NCBI GenBank assembly: GCA_042219045.1
Contig: JBDGQO010000015.1
Coordinates: 1,402-37,711 of the forward strand
Length of the DNA: 36,310 bases
Direction: 5' to 3'
Source: Candidatus Bipolaricaulia bacterium
Lineage (GTDB): Bacteria; Bipolaricaulota; Bipolaricaulia; RBG-16-55-9
A program made the position numbers and the translations under genes. Positions within the stretch are counted from its first letter, which is position 1; the number at the start of each line of letters is the position of its first letter. The notes under the pieces are model-generated. The model made no database searches and had not been told where the DNA came from. It was given only the letters and a program-made list of their open reading frames with translations. Below are positions 18,212 through 26,681 of this stretch, one piece after another.

Positions 18212-18793
18212 ATGCCGAAGAACGACCGCTGGATCCGCGAGATGTGCGAGTCGCACCGCATGATCGAGCCCTTTGTCGACGGCCAAGTGAGCCAGGGCGT
18301 CATTTCCTACGGCCTGTCCAGCTACGGCTACGACATGCGCATCGGCGACGAGTTCAAGATCTTCAACAGCGTCAACACGAGCCTGATCGCTGAGGGCCGC
18401 CAGATTGTCGTTGACCCGAAGTCGTTCGACCCCAACTCGTTCGTGGACCACAAGGGCGAGGTCTGCATCATCCCGCCGAACTCCTTCGCCTTGGGCCATT
18501 CCGTGGAATACTTCCGCATCCCTCGCGACATCCTGGCGATCTGTTTGGGCAAATCGACGTACGCGCGCGCCGGCATCGTCGTCAACATCACCCCCGCTGA
18601 GCCCGAGTGGGAGGGCCAGCTCGTCATCGAGGTCTCCAACACCTCGCCGCTGCCGGCCAAGATCTACGCGGGCGAGGGGATCGCGCAGATGATCTTCTTC
18701 CCGGCCGAGGAGGCGTGCGAGGTCTCCTACACCGACCGCAAGGGGAAATATCAGAGCCAGCAGGGGATCGTCACCTCCAAGGTGACCGATTAG
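18212..18793 (+). CDS. dcd: dCTP deaminase
   Basis: [45 protein letters not shown]. Confidence 0.96.
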   Translation: MPKNDRWIREMCESHRMIEPFVDGQVSQGVISYGLSSYGYDMRIGDEFKIFNSVNTSLIAEGRQIVVDPKSFDPNSFVDHKGEVCIIPPNSFALGHSVEYFRIPRDILAICLGKSTYARAGIVVNITPAEPEWEGQLVIEVSNTSPLPAKIYAGEGIAQMIFFPAEEACEVSYTDRKGKYQSQQGIVTSKVTD

Positions 18794-18867
18794 TCCGTCA
18801 CATCGAGGGACGAGGGCCAGCCTCGGGCGAGCGTTCCGTCTCGTTGCGGCGGTCAATGGACCACCCG

Positions 18868-18896
18868 TTGGCGAGCCCTGCGCGCATGAGTATAAT
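18868..18896 (+). promoter_or_regulatory. Promoter of yajC-secD-secF
   Basis: TTGGCG-17 bp-TATAAT. Confidence 0.6.
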
Positions 18897-18928
18897 GGAT
18901 CGACGTCCCGCAAGGGGGAACTTTTTTC

Positions 18929-19225
18929 ATGGAGCTCGCAACAACGCTCGTCTTCCTACTGGTCATGTTCGGGGTGTTCTATCTCTTCCTCATCCGCCCC
19001 GAACGGCGCCGCCGCCAGCAGCACCGCGAGCTGGTCGACAGCCTCAAGCGCGGGGACAAGGTCGTCACGGTCGGCGGCATCTGTGGGGTTATCAAGAAGG
19101 TCGAGCAAGACCGCATCCTGCTGGAGGTGGCCGACGGCATGACGGTGAAGCTGGTCAAGGACAGCATCGCAGAGCGTGACTCGATGGCCGACGCGACCTC
19201 GGAGGCGAAGGAGCCCGTCTCATGA
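18929..19225 (+). CDS. yajC: Preprotein translocase subunit YajC
   Basis: TM helix, FLIRP, LKRGDKVVTVGGI; lies upstream of secD. Confidence 0.95.
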   Translation: MELATTLVFLLVMFGVFYLFLIRPERRRRQQHRELVDSLKRGDKVVTVGGICGVIKKVEQDRILLEVADGMTVKLVKDSIAERDSMADATSEAKEPVS

Positions 19226-20577
19226 ACTGGGATACCGCCCGCTGGACCCGAGCGGCGCTGATCGTGCTCGTGCTCGTGGGCTCGCTCGTGGTCATCCAGC
19301 TCAAGGAGCCAATCTTGGGGCTGGACCTCCGCGGCGGGGTCATGATGATGTTGGAGGCCCAGACGGAGCGGCTCGACGAGACGGACCTGACCCAGGCCGA
19401 GGCGATGGAGCGCATTGTCGACACCATCCGCTTCCGCGTCGATCAGACGGGCTTGGCCGAGGCGACCGTGACCCAAGCGGGCAATCGGCGCGTCTGGGTG
19501 GAGATCCCCTGCCCGGCGACCGGGTCGTGCGAACAACCGCGCCAGTTGCGCAGCCTGATTGAGCGGCGCGGCTTCCTCGTGTTCAAGAAGGTGCTCAACA
19601 CGGCCCAATCCAAGGACCAGCTCTCGCCCACGCCGAGCCAGGAGATCGTCCGCAACGACCAGGGCCAGTTCTTCGTCGTTCCCCAGTCTCCGCTCATGAC
19701 CGGCGCGGAGATCGAGTCGGCTTCGGCCCAGGCAAGCCCCCCCGGCAGCGGGGCGGCGAGCCCCTACGTCGTCCAACTGACGTTCACTGACAACGGTGCC
19801 CAAGAATTCCAGCAGTATCTCACCGACGGCACGCTCCAGGTCGACGATCGGCTTGCCATCATCCTGGACGGCGTCGTGCAGAGTGCGCCGAGGATTTCCC
19901 AAGGGATCGTCAGCGAGGCCGAATCCGGCTGGCGCAACATCAAAAGCGGCACCTCGATCACGGGCCTGTCGGGGATCGACGAAGCCCGCAACCTGTCCAT
20001 CGTGTTGCGCTCGGGCAACCTGCCCATTCCCGTCGAGGTCATCCAGGAGAACACCATCGGGCCGAACATCGGCCAAGATTCCATCAACAGCGGGGTTTTC
20101 GCCACGATCCTGGCCGCCGTGCTGATCCTGGTGTTCATGGTCGCCTACTATCGCCTGGCCGGCGTGATCGCCGATTTGACGATCCTGTTGAACGTGCTCG
20201 TGCTCGTGGCCGCCATGATGCTGTTGGAAGCCACATGGACGCTCCCCGGCATTGCGGGACTGATCTTGACCATCGGCATCGGGGTGGACAACAACGTGCT
20301 CATCTTCGAGCGCGTCCGCGAGGAGTTGCGCTCGGGCAAGACGGTTCGAGCTTCCATTGACTACGGGTACGATCGGGCCATCTGGACGATCGTCGACTCC
20401 AACGTGACGGCGCTCGTGACCGCCCTGATCCTGTTCACGTTCGGAACGGGACCGATCCAGGGCTTTGCCACGACGCTCAGTATTGGCCTGGTCGTCAACC
20501 TCTTCACCGCGCTGGCAGGCACGCGTCTGGCGTTTGACGTCATCAAGGACAGCGAGCCAAGGAGGCTGAGCATATGA
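19222..20577 (+). CDS. secD: Protein translocase subunit SecD
   Basis: LGLDLRGG, LAIILDG, LRSGNLP, TLPGIAGLILTIG, DNNVLIFER, DSNVT, GPIQGFA. Confidence 0.96.
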   Translation: MNWDTARWTRAALIVLVLVGSLVVIQLKEPILGLDLRGGVMMMLEAQTERLDETDLTQAEAMERIVDTIRFRVDQTGLAEATVTQAGNRRVWVEIPCPATGSCEQPRQLRSLIERRGFLVFKKVLNTAQSKDQLSPTPSQEIVRNDQGQFFVVPQSPLMTGAEIESASAQASPPGSGAASPYVVQLTFTDNGAQEFQQYLTDGTLQVDDRLAIILDGVVQSAPRISQGIVSEAESGWRNIKSGTSITGLSGIDEARNLSIVLRSGNLPIPVEVIQENTIGPNIGQDSINSGVFATILAAVLILVFMVAYYRLAGVIADLTILLNVLVLVAAMMLLEATWTLPGIAGLILTIGIGVDNNVLIFERVREELRSGKTVRASIDYGYDRAIWTIVDSNVTALVTALILFTFGTGPIQGFATTLSIGLVVNLFTALAGTRLAFDVIKDSEPRRLSI

Positions 20578-21614
20578 GCGACTCGGGCGCGGGCGGGCCG
20601 CAACAGCCGCGCATGTTCCAGATTCTCGGCAACACGAACGTCGACTTCCTGCGCCAGCGTCGCATGGCCCTCGTCGTCTCCATCCTCCTGGTGGCGCTCG
20701 GGGCGATCGCGACGTTCCAGATCTTCGTCACCGGCACGGCGAACCTCGGGATCGAGTTCACGGGCGGGACGTCCGTGACGCTCGTCTTTGAGAATGAAGT
20801 CCCCATTCAGCAGGCTCGACAGGCGTTGGCCAACGAAGGGTTCGGCAACGCCCAGGTGACCCACGCCGAGGGCGAGGGCGGCTACCGCCTCATCGTGCAG
20901 CTGAAGCAGAAGGCCGTCAGCGACTTGGAGGTCGGCGAGGCGGCCGACCGGGTTCGGGAGATCATGGCCAGCGCCTTCCCGGACAACGCCATCACCGACA
21001 GCAGCAACACCTCCATCGGGCCCTCAATCGGCTCCGAGCTGCGCCAGCAGGCGATCTGGGCCATCATCTACGCCATCCTCGGCATCATCATCTACGTCGG
21101 CTTCCGCTTCGATCCGAAGTTCGGCGTGGCGGCCACCGTCGCCATGTTCCACGACGTGCTGGCCGTGATCGGGATCATGTGGCTCAAGAACTTCGTCGTC
21201 CCCACGGAGTTTACCCTGCTGATCATGACGGCCGTGCTGACCCTGGCCGGTTATTCGCTGACCGACACCGTCGTCGTCTTCGACCGCGTCCGCGAAAACC
21301 TGCGCAAGGAACGGCGCAGTGGGCTGTACGACCTGGTCAATCGCTCCATCAACCAGGTGCTCAGCCGCACCGTCGTGACGTCAACCACGACGCTGCTCGT
21401 GGTGCTGTCGATCCTCTTTTTCGGCGGGCCGGTGCTGTTTGACTTTGCGTTCGCGCTGATGGTCGGGATTTTGGTCGGGACCTACTCCTCGATCTTCGTC
21501 GCGAGCCCGCTGCTCGTCCTTTGGGCCGGCCGCGGCGGAACGCTGATGAAGCGCTCAGTCTCGCCGGGCAGCTCGACAGACCAGCCCGTTGAGCAGCAGG
21601 CGCAGAGTTCCTGA
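20574..21614 (+). CDS. secF: Protein translocase subunit SecF
   Basis: LGIEFTGG, IGPSIGSEL, FHDV, GYSLTDTVVVFDRVREN, GTYSSIFVA. Confidence 0.96.
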   Translation: MSDSGAGGPQQPRMFQILGNTNVDFLRQRRMALVVSILLVALGAIATFQIFVTGTANLGIEFTGGTSVTLVFENEVPIQQARQALANEGFGNAQVTHAEGEGGYRLIVQLKQKAVSDLEVGEAADRVREIMASAFPDNAITDSSNTSIGPSIGSELRQQAIWAIIYAILGIIIYVGFRFDPKFGVAATVAMFHDVLAVIGIMWLKNFVVPTEFTLLIMTAVLTLAGYSLTDTVVVFDRVRENLRKERRSGLYDLVNRSINQVLSRTVVTSTTTLLVVLSILFFGGPVLFDFAFALMVGILVGTYSSIFVASPLLVLWAGRGGTLMKRSVSPGSSTDQPVEQQAQSS

Positions 21615-21624
21615 GCCGCTCGCG

Positions 21625-22629
21625 TCACCGCGTTCCGGAGATGGCCTCGACGGACGCAGAACTGGACGTCCCTGGCAAGGGGCCGTCCGTCCAGGCGATG
21701 AGCAGCGCCCAGAGCGACTCCTCCGGCTCGCGCGCGCCGCGCTTGATCAAGACGTCCTCGGCGTGCAGCTGCTTGAGCAGCGCGATCAACTCGGCTTCGC
21801 CCAGCGACGCGATCTGCTTGCGGCGCTTGCCCACGAGCCACTTGAACGTCCCCGTGCGGCGGGCGATCTCGTCATTGCTCATCTCCTCGGCTGCCAGCGA
21901 CTTGACCTGAAGCAGCGATCGCACCTGGCCCGCCAGCAGAAAGAAGATCTTGCCCGCATCCACGCCGCCGGCGAGGATCTCGCGCAGGCGCGCAGGCGCG
22001 TCGGGCCCCCGCTCGATCCAGGCGTCTAACGCGGCGAAGACGTCGCCGCCGCGGTCGTGGAACAACACGCCGCGCAGGTCCTCCACCTCCAACGTCTGCT
22101 GGGAGATCCCCCTAGCGTAGATGGACAACTTGTCGATCTCCTGGGCCATGCGCGAGAGGTCGCCCTCCACGCTCTCCAACAGATAGCGGAACGCGTCGCG
22201 CGAGAGCTCCAACTGATGCTCGTCCAGCAGGCCTTTGACGGCGTTCGGCAGGTCGCGTCGGTTGGGGGCGGGATGGTCGTGGACCTCGCCGTGGGCCTTG
22301 ATGGCCTTAAAGAGCGTCTTGCGCTTGTCGAGCTTGTCGGCTTCGACGAGAAGCATGCGCGAGTCAGGCAAGCCGCGCTCGATTGCGCGAGCCAAGCCCT
22401 CGGCCGCGTCCTCGGAGAGCTTGTCGGCACGAGCGATGTGGACCAAGATGGCGTCCTCAAAGAGCGCGGGCGCTTCCAGCGCCTCGAGGCAGCGGGCGAG
22501 CGAGAACGACTCGCCGTCGAAGCGAGTTTCGCTCCATGCCTGGGGACTTGTCTCGTTCAGCTGCTCTTGACGGTGACGGATGGCGCGTCCACGGCGCCAC
22601 GCGTCGCCCGTGTGGAGTTCGACGTTCAT
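21625..22629 (-). CDS. holA: DNA polymerase III delta subunit
   Basis: LDKRKTLFK, GDLSRMAQEIDKLSIY, DVLIKRG; length and layout typical of HolA. Confidence 0.85.
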   Translation of the reverse strand: MNVELHTGDAWRRGRAIRHRQEQLNETSPQAWSETRFDGESFSLARCLEALEAPALFEDAILVHIARADKLSEDAAEGLARAIERGLPDSRMLLVEADKLDKRKTLFKAIKAHGEVHDHPAPNRRDLPNAVKGLLDEHQLELSRDAFRYLLESVEGDLSRMAQEIDKLSIYARGISQQTLEVEDLRGVLFHDRGGDVFAALDAWIERGPDAPARLREILAGGVDAGKIFFLLAGQVRSLLQVKSLAAEEMSNDEIARRTGTFKWLVGKRRKQIASLGEAELIALLKQLHAEDVLIKRGAREPEESLWALLIAWTDGPLPGTSSSASVEAISGTR

Positions 22630-22776
22630 GACTGGTGTGACTTAGCAGTTTAGCCGTTCGGCTGGCACGCGGCAAAGCTTGGCGCTAAAATGGGCGACGG
22701 GCCGGGTTGTTCGCACCTCTCTATCCCCTCTCACCACCGGACGGAGGTAGCCCGGCCCCCTCTCCATGGCCCACCG

Positions 22777-23127
22777 CTAGTCAGAGGGCGAGTCCCCTTT
22801 GAACATGCCGTTGAGGAAATACACGAGGCTCATGCCGATGGCGGTTCCCAGCACGATGCCTTCGCCGGAGCGGTCGGTGAAGCGCTGTTGCGTGTAGCCG
22901 CAATGCGGGCAGCGCAGGTACTCGTGAGCGCGCTTTTCGGTCGTGAACGCCTCGAGGCCCGACTGGCAGATGGGGCATGACTGGGGTTGGCGCACGTCGC
23001 CCGGAACTTGGCCGATGCCCTTTTTGAGCAGGGTCAGCTCCGCTTCCTTGGCGTTCTCGTAGACCCAGAGCGGCACCTTGATCGTCTTGTAGGCTTCGAC
23101 GTCCTTGAGAGCCACGTCCGTGCTCAT
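22777..23127 (-). CDS. Hypothetical protein: RHH-like N-terminus, CxxC-CxxC zinc ribbon, C-terminal TM helix (116 aa)
   Basis: YKTIKVPLWVYENAKE; CPIC...CPHC; GIVLGTAIGMSLVYFLNGMF. Confidence 0.75.
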   Translation of the reverse strand: MSTDVALKDVEAYKTIKVPLWVYENAKEAELTLLKKGIGQVPGDVRQPQSCPICQSGLEAFTTEKRAHEYLRCPHCGYTQQRFTDRSGEGIVLGTAIGMSLVYFLNGMFKGDSPSD

Positions 23128-23176
23128 GCGGGCTCATCGCTCCTCGTCGGTCCAGTAGAAAATGCTACCAAGGAGA

Positions 23177-23205
23177 ATGATAAGCATATGACACCCAGTA
23201 GTCAA
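23177..23205 (-). promoter_or_regulatory. Near-consensus promoter for the zinc-ribbon gene
   Basis: TTGACT-17 bp-TATCAT in an AT-rich patch. Confidence 0.7.
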
Positions 23206-23243
23206 GCCTGGTGATCTGGAAGTCGGCCGCGCACGAGCATCCG

Positions 23244-24722
23244 CTAGGGCAAGCGGCTCAAGAAGCGCTGGACCTCGTCGGCGTAGTCGTCGAAGGGATC
23301 CTCAAAGACGAGGGCCCGCTTGGCTCCCACCGTGACGCCGTCCCACTCGATCAAATAGTCCTGGACGGGGGCGGTCCGCAACGCCTTGACGAGCTGGGCC
23401 CGGGCATGGGCGCGCGTGTTGGGCGGGCCGCCGTCCAGAGCCGCCTCGAGCGTGGCGTCGTCAATCCGACGCTCCACGTCGCCCGACGCTTCCAAGGCGT
23501 GGAACAGGCCGCTGTCCGGATCGGCATTGTGATACTCCAGATCGAGGCTCTGGAGCGCGTCGTCGTCCCAGTCGAGGCCTTCGGACTCCCGATAGAGCTG
23601 CAGCAGTTGGTACTTGGCGACCCAGTCCAGATCGGCGCCCAATTGGAGCGGATCCTCGGCCAGCGCGTCCAACACGCGCTCCCAGGTGTCGAGAATCTGG
23701 TCGGTCTCGGCGTCGCGGCCGCGGAACGCCTCGGCGCACTCGAGATAGCGCCGCTGGATGTCGATCGCGCTCATCGTCCGGCCGTCCTCGAGCTCGACGA
23801 TCCACTTCCACTCGGGATCGTGCGAGATCCGCTGGATGGCCGAGTTGCGGCCGCGCACGGGCCGATCCAGGTTGAGGTCTCGCGGCGCGATGCCGGCTTC
23901 GATGGCGTCGAGCACGAGGGCGGTCGCCCCGATCTTCAAGAACATCGCCGTGTCGCAGAGGTTGGACTCGCCGAACAGAATGTGGAGCCGCGGCCAGTTG
24001 GAGGCGTCCTGGAAGCTGTCCCACTTCGGGTTGATGAGCGCACGGCTGAAGCGGACGCGCCCGGACGCGACGTAGAGGATGTGGTCGGCCCGCTGGGAGA
24101 GTTGGAACTCGACGTCGTCCAAGGGCTCCACGCCGTAGATCTGGTCGAGGAACGCGTAGTCGGCCCGGTGGCCGCGAATGTCGCGGATCATGTCGGAGGG
24201 ATTGTCGGTCAGCAGGTGACCGCCCACGCGCCCGGCGCCCGCGTAGATCTGGCGGGAGACGAGGAACGGAATCAGGGGCCCGAGGTCGCGGCCGTAGGGA
24301 TGGGTCTGCGGGTCGAGCGAGTAGTTCTCGTGGCAGCCGAAGGTGTGGCCGCCGTAGTGGTCGACGTTGTTGTTGTGGAAGCTGACGCGCTCGCGCCAGT
24401 CCAGCTCGTCCACGAGCTTCACCAGCAGGCGCTGGCCCGCTTTGTTGTAGGCGATGAGGTCGTCAATGGCGGTGCACTCGGGCGAGGCGTATTCCAGATG
24501 GCTGCCGACCACGTCGACGTAGAGCCGCCCGCCGTTGACGAGGAACCCGCCGGCTTCCGCGGGCTCGAAGAACGCGTCGCGGGCGTGACGGTCGATCAGG
24601 CCCCAGCGGCCGTTCTGGAACGCTTGATCTTTGACGATCTCGACGACCTCGTCCGGGTCGCCGAGCGCCGGGTCGCGGACCAAACAGCCGAACTCGGTCT
24701 CGATGCCGCAGATACGTTCCAT
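23244..24722 (-). CDS. pafA: PafA-like ligase of the UBact system (492 aa)
   Basis: GIETEFG, FLVNGGRLYVD, HLEYASPEC, TFGCHENY, QLSQRADHI, RLHILFGESN, LDWVAK, SLDLEYHN, PPNTRA; follows the proteasome alpha gene. Confidence 0.85.
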   Translation of the reverse strand: MERICGIETEFGCLVRDPALGDPDEVVEIVKDQAFQNGRWGLIDRHARDAFFEPAEAGGFLVNGGRLYVDVVGSHLEYASPECTAIDDLIAYNKAGQRLLVKLVDELDWRERVSFHNNNVDHYGGHTFGCHENYSLDPQTHPYGRDLGPLIPFLVSRQIYAGAGRVGGHLLTDNPSDMIRDIRGHRADYAFLDQIYGVEPLDDVEFQLSQRADHILYVASGRVRFSRALINPKWDSFQDASNWPRLHILFGESNLCDTAMFLKIGATALVLDAIEAGIAPRDLNLDRPVRGRNSAIQRISHDPEWKWIVELEDGRTMSAIDIQRRYLECAEAFRGRDAETDQILDTWERVLDALAEDPLQLGADLDWVAKYQLLQLYRESEGLDWDDDALQSLDLEYHNADPDSGLFHALEASGDVERRIDDATLEAALDGGPPNTRAHARAQLVKALRTAPVQDYLIEWDGVTVGAKRALVFEDPFDDYADEVQRFLSRLP

Positions 24723-24730
24723 GACTCCTC

Positions 24731-25513
24731 CTATGGCAGGAACGGCTCGAGGTCGGTGCGCGAGAGCTCGCGCAGGCGCCGTTCGCGGTCGGTGTCCCGT
24801 TCAAGGATGCTGGCCTCGATCGTTTCGGTCTCCAGGGCCTCCGTCAGCACTCGGTCCAATTCGCTCTCATCGGGCAGGTGGAACGTCTCGCCCTCGGCGC
24901 CGCCGGTCGTCAGGGCCCATTGGCCGGCCGTCCAGGTCCGGATCGCCAGCTCCAAGGCGTCCTCGCGGCTGGGCGCGGTCCCGTCGTCGGACTCGGGCCC
25001 GATCCGTTCGTTCAGGGCCGCCTGCATGTGGTCCTCGGCCAGGCCCGCCCCGGCCGCGATGCCGTAGCGGCTTCGGGGGACGAACTCGCCGTCGTAGTTC
25101 AGGACAAAGAACAGATCGTCGTCGGAGACGCGGCCGAGTTGGGTGAACACGCCGCGCAGCACGAGCGGCAGCCGCATCGGATCGGCATACGCCTGTTTCA
25201 GCAGAGGGCTGATGGCGAACCCGACGACGCGCTGGATGGACACGTCCTCGGGGCTGCGCTGATAGCCCTCGGCGTGGGCGAAGTCGACCGCGCGCACGCG
25301 AATCGCCTCCAGATCCGAGGGCGTGCCGATGCCGGCAAACGCGAGCTGGTCGTAGATTTCAAAGAGCTTCCGCTGAGCTCGTTGCGTGGTGAGCAGGACG
25401 ATCCCGTCGTCGGCGCTGATGGCGACGACGGGGCTACCGCCCCACAGGCGATCGTCGGCGTAGTCGGCCTTTTGGCTGAGCGTCTGTTGCCAGTCGTAGG
25501 GCGTGTATGCCAT
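24731..25513 (-). CDS. prcA: 20S proteasome alpha subunit (260 aa)
   Basis: MAYTPYDWQQ..KADY, GSPVV, KLFEIYDQLAFAGIG, EGYQRSPEDV, IEASILER. ATG at 25513. Confidence 0.9.
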   Translation of the reverse strand: MAYTPYDWQQTLSQKADYADDRLWGGSPVVAISADDGIVLLTTQRAQRKLFEIYDQLAFAGIGTPSDLEAIRVRAVDFAHAEGYQRSPEDVSIQRVVGFAISPLLKQAYADPMRLPLVLRGVFTQLGRVSDDDLFFVLNYDGEFVPRSRYGIAAGAGLAEDHMQAALNERIGPESDDGTAPSREDALELAIRTWTAGQWALTTGGAEGETFHLPDESELDRVLTEALETETIEASILERDTDRERRLRELSRTDLEPFLP

Positions 25514-25522
25514 GGTCCACAC

Positions 25523-25552
25523 TTTATACCGTATCGGGACTTCGAGTGCCAA
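25523..25552 (-). promoter_or_regulatory. Putative promoter of prcA-pafA
   Basis: TTGGCA-18 bp-TATAAA, 9 nt before the prcA ATG. Confidence 0.5.
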
Positions 25553-25565
25553 CAGAACGGATTTT

Positions 25566-25593
25566 TCGACGACGGAACCGACCCCGTCGTCGA
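25566..25593. terminator. 10-bp hairpin after the CDF gene
   Basis: TCGACGACGG-AACCGACC-CCGTCGTCGA; no canonical U-tract. Confidence 0.45.
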
Positions 25594-25605
25594 GACGAGC
25601 TCGGC

Positions 25606-26541
25606 TCAGCTCGAGGCCTCGTCCGTCGACCGCGCCGAGCGGATCGACTCGGCCTCGATGTAGATCCGCTTGATCTCCGGATATTGACGCCGGATCGCCC
25701 GCTCCAGGCGGTCGACGGCGGCCTCCATCTCGGACGTCGACAACGTCGGTTGGAACTTCAAATCCATGGCGAGCAGCACGGTCTGCGGGCCGAAGTGCAT
25801 CGTCAACGGCGCGTCCATGCGCACCACTTGGGGATCGGCCTCGACGAGCTCCCGGATGGCGGCCAACGTTGCCGTATCCGCCCCTTCGCCAATGAGCAGC
25901 CCCTTGCTCTCGTAGGCGAGGAATACCGCAATGAGCGCCAAAATGAGCCCGATAACCACCGATGCCAGTCCGTCGAGGATGGGCATCTGGAGCGTGTCGG
26001 CCAAGAAGATGCCGACAAAAGCCGTCAGGATGCCGAGCAGCGCGGCCGTGTCCTCAAGGAGAACCGTGAACGTGCCCGGATCCTTGCTGACCCGCACCGC
26101 CCGCCAGAAGGAACGGTCGCCCTTTTGGGAGCGAAACTCGCGCACGGCGACGGTCAGTGCCGCGCCCTCGAAGACAGCCGCCAAGCCGAGGACGACGTAG
26201 TTCCACGTCGGATCCTTCAGGGGGGTTGGATGTTGCATGTGCAGAATCCCCTCATACATGGAGATGCCGCCGCCGAGCGCGAAGATCAAAATCGCCACGA
26301 TCAACGCCCAGAAGTAGATCTCCTTGCCGTAGCCGAACGGATGGCGAGCGTCGGCCGGTCGGCGACTGCGGGCGCGACCGAGCAGCAGCAGCCCACCGTT
26401 GCCGGTATCCACCAGCGAGTGGATGCCTTCGGCGAGCATCGCCGAGCTGCCGGTGATGCTCGCGGCGGCGAACTTCGTCACCGCGATGGCAAAGTTGCCC
26501 GCGATGGCGGCGTAGATGGCCTTCGGCGATTGTCCCGCCAA
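25606..26541 (-). CDS. Cation diffusion facilitator family transporter (311 aa, TTG start)
   Basis: AIYAAIAGN, MLAEGIHSLVDTGN, HPFGYGKE, LEDTAAL, ESKGLLIGE. AAGGAGG lies 5 nt before the TTG at 26541. Confidence 0.9.
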   Translation of the reverse strand: MAGQSPKAIYAAIAGNFAIAVTKFAAASITGSSAMLAEGIHSLVDTGNGGLLLLGRARSRRPADARHPFGYGKEIYFWALIVAILIFALGGGISMYEGILHMQHPTPLKDPTWNYVVLGLAAVFEGAALTVAVREFRSQKGDRSFWRAVRVSKDPGTFTVLLEDTAALLGILTAFVGIFLADTLQMPILDGLASVVIGLILALIAVFLAYESKGLLIGEGADTATLAAIRELVEADPQVVRMDAPLTMHFGPQTVLLAMDLKFQPTLSTSEMEAAVDRLERAIRRQYPEIKRIYIEAESIRSARSTDEASS

Positions 26542-26681
26542 CCATGCCTCCTTGACGATGGGAAAGGGGATACGCTTGGCCCGTGGACCTTCAGCCAGGA
26601 TAGTCAATCGTGAATCCTCGCCGCCAGCGTGCTCGACAGCGAATCGACGTGAATGCCATACTCCTTTCAAAGGGGGCCTTC

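Noticed and set aside
22662..22680. Possible sigma54 promoter (TGGCACG)
   Set aside because: The -12 GC is not at the required GG-N10-GC spacing.
26252..26545. ATG right after AAGGAGG suggesting a frameshifted CDF start
   Set aside because: An in-frame TTG 5 nt from the same SD gives a normal CDF N-terminus (MAGQSPKAIYAA), so no frameshift is needed.
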